Of a DNA stretch of 64,000 nt, positions 57,349-64,000 are shown piece after piece (position 1 is the first letter of the stretch; every line of letters begins with the position of its first letter). The stretch is from contig CM082592.2 in assembly GCA_040954595.2 (NCBI GenBank), positions 7,179,677 to 7,243,676 on the forward strand, written 5' to 3'. Both the position numbers and the translations under genes were made by a program. The DNA is from Balanoglossus misakiensis (Eukaryota; Animalia; Hemichordata). The notes under the pieces are model-generated. The model saw only the letters and a list, made by a program, of their open reading frames with translations, did not search any database and was not told where the DNA came from.

Positions 57349-58305
57349 TCACCATCCCCATTCCGCAGTTTCAGAGAGTTCGTAACCCCCTGGTGGGGGA
57401 GGGAGCAACGATGGCGGAAGATTTGGAACTGTCTGCAGTGAGGGGGGAAGAGTGAACATTACTTCATCATCTTCTCTCGCTTTCTGAGCTGCTTTCTCGG
57501 GCTCGGTCTTCGGCCGTTTTTCTCTCTTCGCCAACCAGTCATCCAGTGAAAAATCTGTCTCTCCTCTCGGTCGTCTTCTTTTCTTGGCTGCACTGGCAAA
57601 TTTGTGGTGCTCAATTTCTGCAAAACAAAAAAATGAAATGATGTAATATGTGTTCAAATCCCTGCTACAATATACTAGACATCCTGTAGATGGAAATCAA
57701 CAGAATCTATTTTCTATGATTTGTTTTCATGAATAAAGCCAGTAAGCAAACAATAGAATGCCCTTACCTGCTCTCAAAGCATCAAAGTCTGCATGTGAAA
57801 AATGTGAGAATCTACAGTTGGATCCAAAATGGCAGTCTCCTGTGGAAATAAATGATAAAAAAATTTGTTAGACTGAATTAGCACATTAGTTCAAAGAGCT
57901 ATCAGATCAGCAGTACTGTGGCCTTGAAAGGTGTACATGTACTTCCATGTCAGAATAAATAGTGTTGGTGTAGATGACGCACTCCAGAATTGGTCTACAC
58001 TTACTTGTTCGTGCAAATCTTTTACATGGGGTCTTCTGCAACTCTTCCTCCAGTCTGGTGGCAGGGTCTGTCAAAATGAATGACATCATGCGTGAAAGGT
58101 CATTCCTGTACATCACAATATAAAAATGGTCATATTGAATTAGAATTTATGTGATTATACCAGCAATAGAATAATTACCTTTGAAATGGTCATAGTGTGA
58201 CTTGACAAGTATTTGATGCTGTATCCCATACAGGTGTTTCTTTCTGCTTGGGGGGTTATCCGGGAATGTCTTGTCGCAGAAATCACAGTAGTATCGCTTC
58301 CCCAT
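57349..58305 (-). CDS. ZMAT5: Zinc finger matrin-type protein 5 (U11/U12 snRNP 20K), ~176 aa
   Basis: Exons 58179-58305, 58005-58067, 57768-57839, 57349-57617. MGKRYYCDFCDKTFPDN..RKKHL.G.QH (U1-type ZnF), CKRF..C.FG.NCRFSH (CCCH), LPPSL.PPP.GG..EWG C-terminus. An acceptor at 58326-58327 implies a non-coding upstream exon. Confidence 0.95.
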
Positions 58306-58408
58306 TCTTATAGCGTCCTATCCAACTGCAAGAATCGATGACGATGGTGACAAAGTATGTATTGTCACTGTCAGATAATGATGCACAACTGTGTGTTACA
58401 GTTGTGTG

Positions 58409-58665
58409 TTGGCCCGCTCAAAGTGGGTTTACATCAGAAAGACCATTGATATACCAAGATTAATCTACCTTGGCCTGCTCAAAGTCAGGGTTTGTACCAG
58501 AAAGACCATTAATATATGAAGTGATATTCAGTTCAATCTTGGTCCGCTCAAAGTGGCTTTGCATCAGAAAAACCATTGATATATGAAGAGTGACATTACA
58601 GTTCAATCTTGGCCCGCTCAGAGTGGGTTTGTACCAGAAAGACCATTAATATATGAAGAGTGATC
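58409..58665. repeat. Four-copy ~61-70 bp minisatellite with ABAB higher-order structure, in the ZMAT5 5'-UTR intron
   Basis: Units start at 58409, 58470, 58539 and 58609 with TTGGYCYGCTCARAGT...CAGAAARACCATTRATATA. Confidence 0.9.
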
Positions 58666-58809
58666 AAATCGATCAACCCATGTGTCTGTCCCAGAAGTTG
58701 CAATAAATTTTCACTGATCAACACTGAGGGCGCTGTATCGCGTACTTTCATTGCGTGCATTGAGATCATAAAATAGGTTTAGTCTGATGTTATTCTGTGA
58801 TTACCTTAC

Positions 58810-59213
58810 CGTTCAAATCATGGGCCGCGCACCAAGTTTACCCACAGGGATTATTTCTTTTGAATACAGTAAATTCATGAAATTATAGCGCGGATATGTT
58901 GTTGGTACGCACGTACGTGACCTCTGATTACCTTCAGCCTCCTCACATCACTCATAAAAGTCCGCCGTTAGTAAGTAGTGCAGACGAATTCGTTTGATTG
59001 ATGAATAAAAGGAAGGACGCCAACAAGGTTAATCATAATATTTGGCTTACTTGTTATTATTTCTACAATTATTGGGTAAAACATTGTCATTTTACCCATT
59101 CTGTGTTTGGGTTACAATGCGTAGTGATAGTACTGTATGTTCAGAGCAAACTTCTTCCGGTTCATCGCTGGACGCCATCTTAGGTCACTGTACGAACGTG
59201 AGAAAAAGTCATC
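58810..59213. promoter_or_regulatory. Bidirectional promoter region ZMAT5/UQCR10
   Basis: Divergent genes. ETS-like CTTCCGG 59154-59160 and YY1-like CGCCATCTT 59173-59181 just upstream of the UQCR10 ATG. Minus-strand donors near 58810 and 58931 could end a ZMAT5 5'-UTR exon. Confidence 0.65.
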
Positions 59214-59668
59214 ATGCTAAGAAGCATTTATAACTCGCTGTTTAGGCGAACATCGACATTTGCTATGACGATTCTCGTCGGGGCTATTGTCTTTGAAAGG
59301 GTTTTCGATCAAGGAGGAGATGCACTCTTCGAATCCATGAACAGAGGGGTGAGTTTCAGTGTCAAGTATTCTTAGACCGGTACGGTGGTTTGTTCACGTA
59401 GACACGTACTCTTGCCGGTTCGACTTGTTCAGTAACACAACGAAAGGCCTTTAAGGGAATGAATGTGTTATGACTTCAGTACTGTACCCCGAAATCGTGC
59501 CCTTTGTTTTCGTCTAATCAGTGGATTAACCAGGATGTAAGGAGACACTACAGTTTGATTCCTTCACATGCATTAACTGAGTACACGTCTCTTTTTCACA
59601 AACAGAAACTCTGGAAGCACATCAAGGATGATGTTTCGATGGAAGGTGCCGGTGATGATGACGAGTAG
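59214..59668 (+). CDS. UQCR10: Cytochrome b-c1 complex subunit 9 (QCR9), 65 aa; missed by the ORF track
   Basis: Exons 59214-59348 and 59606-59668 encode MLRSIYNSLFRRTSTFAMTILVGAIVFERVFDQGGDALFESMNRG|KLWKHIKDDVSMEGAGDDDE*. The LFRRTSTF, FER.FD and N.GKLWKHIK motifs are diagnostic. Confidence 0.95.
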
Positions 59669-60099
59669 AGACTGTTTTAAGGAACCTTTGTATTGTGGTG
59701 ATAACTGTGTGATCCTGAAGTTCAACATGACATTGTACTGTACAGCACTGAAATCTTGACAGAAATCCGCCATCAGGCATACACTAGGATTTGATATTGG
59801 CCAGCATTCTACAGGATCTGCCCTGGTGACTTGATGTTCGACGCAATGGCCAGCTGGGTGAAGATATTTCCAAGGATATAGTCTTTTTAACAAGCAGAAC
59901 ACTGACCGAACACCTAAATTCCTGTCATCTTGGTGCTAGCGAGATTCTCCGATTTGCAATCCATCTAGTCTATATGAACATTTTGCCACTAGACTATCTC
60001 AATTCACTGTATGCCTGATTAAAAAGCTATCACTCTATCTCATCCTCTTGTGTGAATACAAAATGTAGCATTCTTCTTCTCCACATTGTCATGTATTTA

Positions 60100-60142
60100 A
60101 ATAAAACACCGAAATTCTGTTTTCAAATATTAAGAATTTATT
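60100..60142. terminator. Facing polyadenylation signals of UQCR10 (+) and SLX1 (-)
   Basis: AATAAA on + at 60100-60105; AATAAA on - (tttatt) at 60137-60142. Confidence 0.6.
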
Positions 60143-60278
60143 AAAAGTTTGTTCCGTATACAAAAACCTATGGTTTATGGTATTTTCTTTTCTTACCAAC
60201 ACTGTCACATAAATAAGCATTAGATCTGTATCTGTGATAAAGAGCTCTCTGATCCAGTCACACTATTCCACTGCTTTC

Positions 60279-61836
60279 TCAAACATGAAGCTCTTGAGTC
60301 CAGTGTTCATCATCTTCTGTTTCCTGTGACTCGCTCTGAAATGTTTAAAAAGGGCAATGTCAAAACTGTAAGGGTTTGGTGGAATTAAAAGAAAACTGTA
60401 CATCAGTCAAGTTTAGCTGGGGAAAAGAACAGAAAAAGCCATGGACAACTATTGAAAGAAAGTTTAAAGCAGTTAACAACACTTCACTAATCAGCCTACA
60501 AGAACCATTAACTTGCACTAAAATTGGTCTGGGGAACTATAGACAGTTACCAATAACTGGAGAAAAAAGGAAAGTATCTAACCTCCAGGTTGCCATAGCA
60601 ACCATGTTTCTTCCTGACGAGGTCTCCCCACAGTACAACATTCTTGCAAGATGGGCACTTCCCTTCCACTGGCACCAAGAAGTCGGAGTTCTTGAGGAAC
60701 TTCCTTGCCAGGCAGGTCATGTGACAGACCATGGTGCATTGTGGGTACACACAAGTCATGGCTTCATCTGTCGGCTGAAAAAGAATGAAACTTAGAATTC
60801 TAATAATTAGGACTTGGTCATTAGGAAATGACCAGTTCATCCCAAGCTGTGGGTTAACCTCATTCTCAGTGGCGAAATCCTAACACAAGGGAAAAGGTAC
60901 CTTCATCCTTTGCACACATGCTGCACACCGCTTGTTTGACCTCTGGGTCAGAGGTACAAGGTCGTCATCTTCCCCATCACCCGACTTCTCCGCCTGACTC
61001 AGTGACCCCTGATCCTTCTTGTTCTTGACCTTGACACTCTTGACAGGTCCATAGGCTATTGGCATATGCGTTGGCGGGGCCAACTCAAGTTCAAAGTCAA
61101 CTTTGTAGTCTTGCTTCAGCCACTGAATTGTCAGCGGTAGACGTTTCCACGGACCGACCCGCACCATGTTGCACATTATCCTGATGCAGTACTGAAACCG
61201 TGTTTCTTTCTTCTGCTTTCGAGGGAGGTGCCGCAGTCGCCTTGACTTGTCTGGGTGTTGCCAAGCCCACTCAAACTGTGAATTTTGAACAGAATGGTAT
61301 CTTCACAACAGCATGTAGGTATAGGTGGTTCAAAGTGATCTAGGCCAAGCCATTGCCTAATCAATATTGCCAATTAAAATGTTAACTGAAGAATGATGGA
61401 ATGGATTTTATCTTCCTACCCAGTCTCTTTGAACAGTTTACTTACCCTTAGGGCTGAAATATCATTTGGAAACCCATGGACAATCAAAACCATTTCCCTA
61501 CACAACAAAAAAACAAATGTTACAGTTGGTCTATTTTTCGGCGCATGGGGGCGTATGTTGCTTGGGAGGTTTTGCATCTCAGTCAAGCTACGGAAATCCT
61601 GGTAAAAACACAGAGCAACGCCACGCAGAGCTACGTCTATAATAAAGCTATATCAGGACTTACCATGGACCCTTCCCGCTGGTTCTGTACGCTCCTCCAT
61701 ATTTTGTTCCTTTGTTGTGTTGGGTGATACGTCTTGTCGGATTTACGGTGTAACCGATGTATGTACGACCCTTATACTTGGGATTTGTGCAGTACAACAG
61801 GTAACAACCATAAAAATGTTCGATTTCTACAACCAT
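60279..61836 (-). CDS. SLX1: Structure-specific endonuclease subunit SLX1 (GIY-YIG + RING/PHD-type zinc finger), ~282 aa
   Basis: Exons 61664-61836, 61446-61497, 60901-61275, 60583-60774, 60279-60335. Motifs [30 protein letters not shown]...VHGFP....[20 protein letters not shown] / C....C..VCH..CLA / [10 protein letters not shown]...WGDLVR. Confidence 0.96.
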
Positions 61837-62261
61837 CGCTGTCCATATATCCGCTGCTCGCAGCTACTTCTGTTGACTAGGAGGAGCACGTCAGCATCCC
61901 CAGGCCCAGGCCACTGATAGTGACACACACACACACACACTTGAAATTGAAAAGGGCGCCCTCGTAGTTATGACCACCTAGCTCATTCAAGATAAGCGCG
62001 TGGTTCCCTAGCATACAGTTTGTATGACATGCCCCGCCCATGTCATGTACATGTCAGAGACAGACTGTTTCAGTCCAGTTTAAAACCCCACTAAAAACCC
62101 AAGAACAGCAAAATAAATCACGTAAGTAGATATACACCGAGACATTTTACACGAATCCTTTTTTCACCCACGGCAAACACAAACCCGTTTTTTCACATAA
62201 AGCTTTCTCAGACTGGTTTACAGGCCAGAGGGACAGATGAGTCATTTTATGCACAAATGCG

Positions 62262-62267
62262 TTTATT
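62262..62267 (-). terminator. Putative polyadenylation signal of the BTB-BACK gene
   Basis: AATAAA on the minus strand ~565 nt after the stop at 62831. Confidence 0.45.
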
Positions 62268-62830
62268 CGATTCAAAAGGTGTATGCGTCATCTTCCACGT
62301 ATCATGGTATTTCATGACTGGGACAGAATAAAAAGCGTACAAATTATCAAGACATTCTTGAATTATATGATTAGCATTACAAACATGATAATTACAACTT
62401 GCACCTGATAGATATCACGGCATCACGTCTCTTGTAAATTTCATTGTCAAAAATGTTCCTCAAAGAAAAGTACTCACTCAGAGAAAACCCTAAGGACACA
62501 ATTTGCAAAAAGAGATTCTACGTGCCGATTATTACTACTTTACGATACTCATTACTAGTCACTATAGAAGCCAAGACAGACTGCCGAAAGTGTCGAATAA
62601 GATTGCGTGTAATTTAAACGTGTGCATTGTTCGAAACTGGCGAATTTCTTGATCCTTGTGGTGTGCTAAAACACTAGTAACTTGACGAATATGTGTGAAT
62701 ATTCTGAGAAAGGCAGTGGTCGGTTTAGGCGGCGTTGTTCTCGTTAAATTTTCAACACGGATTACTTCTCAAGAAATGGTCACTGAATTTGCTCTCTTGG
62801 AGAAAACGAAAAGATGACATTGTAGGCCTA

Positions 62831-64000
62831 TTATCGGACTTGAATGTCCATCAGAAACTGCAGTTCGTCTCTAAGGATGACGTCATCTATAGTAACGCTG
62901 ATCTGACTCTTCAAATACGGATAGTTCGTGCTTGATGAGTCTCCATCGAGGCAGCCGTCGAATATTTCGCATCTGTACGCTTGGTAACCGTCGTTTTGCC
63001 TCCCGTCGATCAAAACCACGCGAGTCTTGTAGCTTTTTGTCGCATGGGCTCGGTTGGGGTACAACAGAAAAGTGATGTTTCGCTTCGGAAATGAGTCGTC
63101 ACCCCCGGTTTTGGGCGGGCTCTGCTGGAAAACTTCAAGGCCCCACGATTCTGTCTTAGCCCCGTTTGCCGACAGAACGGCACAGTTGAATTTGGCCTGG
63201 CCACGTTCTCTCGACGGAAGGGCCTTCCATTTGACGATGCGAAGACCCGGTCCGTCCAGCTGAGCTATCTGATGGAGGTAGATGCGCGTTGAGAATTTCT
63301 CGGCGTTGAATATTCCTAGCTGTTTGTTCAGCAGGTGGTACTTGTATGCCTCGCTGATGTATTCCGTCAAATGCGATCCGGACCTTCCGACCAGATCCGA
63401 CGTTTCCACTTCGTGTAGCTGCAGAGGTGTCATCTGGGAGAACCGGACCAGGGGGCCGAGTTTTGCGATGTTTTCGTCCAATTGTTCGACGCGAGTCTCG
63501 TTCACCAGCCACTTTTCGAGCTGCTTGAAAAGCGCCAGTTCGTCGTTCACGCCCACGTTAGAATTCTGCAGGATTTGGAAAACGACGTCAAAGTCGAACG
63601 CCTCCCAGTCTTGGTGGAATTTGTCGAAAACCTCTTGCAGTTTCAGCCCTATGATGTCCAGGCACTGCGTGGACAGAGCGCCTAAACTGTAGTGTCGGGC
63701 CTTGCTTAACCATTTTATTGCGCTCGCCGTGTTTCCGCCCATTTTCACCCGCCTCTTGACGTAGTCCTCGCACGCCTTCTTCAACACCCTGACGTCGTAT
63801 TTATCGGCGAGGACGAGTATCGGCAGCGTGACGTCGGTCGTCAGCGTGATCGTTCCGGAGTACATGTATCTCAAAAACTCCCCAAAAACAGCCATGCAGT
63901 CGGCATCCTCCTCTAGGGTAATTTCGCACTTTTTGGAGTCGGTCCACTTTTCGTCCGTCAGCATCGTCTTGAAAACCTCGCTGTACATCGCCAGGAAAAA
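62831..64000 (-). CDS. BTB/POZ-BACK domain protein (BTBD17-like), 5'-partial, uninterrupted terminal exon
   Basis: The frame stays open to the window edge (..FLAMYSEVFKTML). BTB core (EITLEE..VF.EFLRYMYSG.I.L....LPILVLADKYDV..LK..C), BACK domain, VRF.QMTP.QL, EAYKYH. Confidence 0.9.
   Translation of the reverse strand, partial: FFLAMYSEVFKTMLTDEKWTDSKKCEITLEEDADCMAVFGEFLRYMYSGTITLTTDVTLPILVLADKYDVRVLKKACEDYVKRRVKMGGNTASAIKWLSKARHYSLGALSTQCLDIIGLKLQEVFDKFHQDWEAFDFDVVFQILQNSNVGVNDELALFKQLEKWLVNETRVEQLDENIAKLGPLVRFSQMTPLQLHEVETSDLVGRSGSHLTEYISEAYKYHLLNKQLGIFNAEKFSTRIYLHQIAQLDGPGLRIVKWKALPSRERGQAKFNCAVLSANGAKTESWGLEVFQQSPPKTGGDDSFPKRNITFLLYPNRAHATKSYKTRVVLIDGRQNDGYQAYRCEIFDGCLDGDSSSTNYPYLKSQISVTIDDVILRDELQFLMDIQVR

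Noticed and set aside
58409-58665. CRISPR-like repeat array
   Set aside because: No unique spacers, degenerate units, eukaryotic context and no cas genes.
60589-60602. Perfect X-box GTTGCCATAGCAAC
   Set aside because: It lies in SLX1 coding sequence (GCYGNL codons) and is explained by coding constraint.

Overview
This is eukaryotic, intron-rich metazoan genomic DNA, probably from an invertebrate deuterostome (inferred from protein style, not proven). I reconstructed seven spliced or partial genes by hand, with exon phases checked: an SLC22 organic cation transporter-like gene (-, 3' end off-window), a 36-exon myosin-18 gene (-, 10643-49933, ~2111 aa), a 19-exon GH63/MGH1-type (YMR196W-like) glycoside hydrolase (+, ~937 aa), ZMAT5 (-), UQCR10 (+), SLX1 (-), and a BTB-BACK gene (-, 5' end off-window). 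The most interesting signal is in myosin-18. Only two of its introns are large (14.6 kb after the KE/PDZ exon, 10.4 kb at the motor/lever-arm junction) and both are phase 0. Each holds a series of short ATG-initiated, stop-free, phase-0, donor-terminated segments that look like arrays of alternative first exons. These would give multiple PDZ-less isoforms and multiple headless (IQ + coiled-coil only) isoforms with different N-terminal peptides; this is a prediction without transcript evidence. Also notable: the ZMAT5-UQCR10 head-to-head pair as in human, an intron-rich animal copy of a mainly microbial glucosidase family, a GC-AG intron, RFX X-box clusters, and a 4.3 kb C1-3A-like CA tract. 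The long ORFs over the repeats are spurious. No rRNA, tRNA, CRISPR array or autonomous transposon was recognised.
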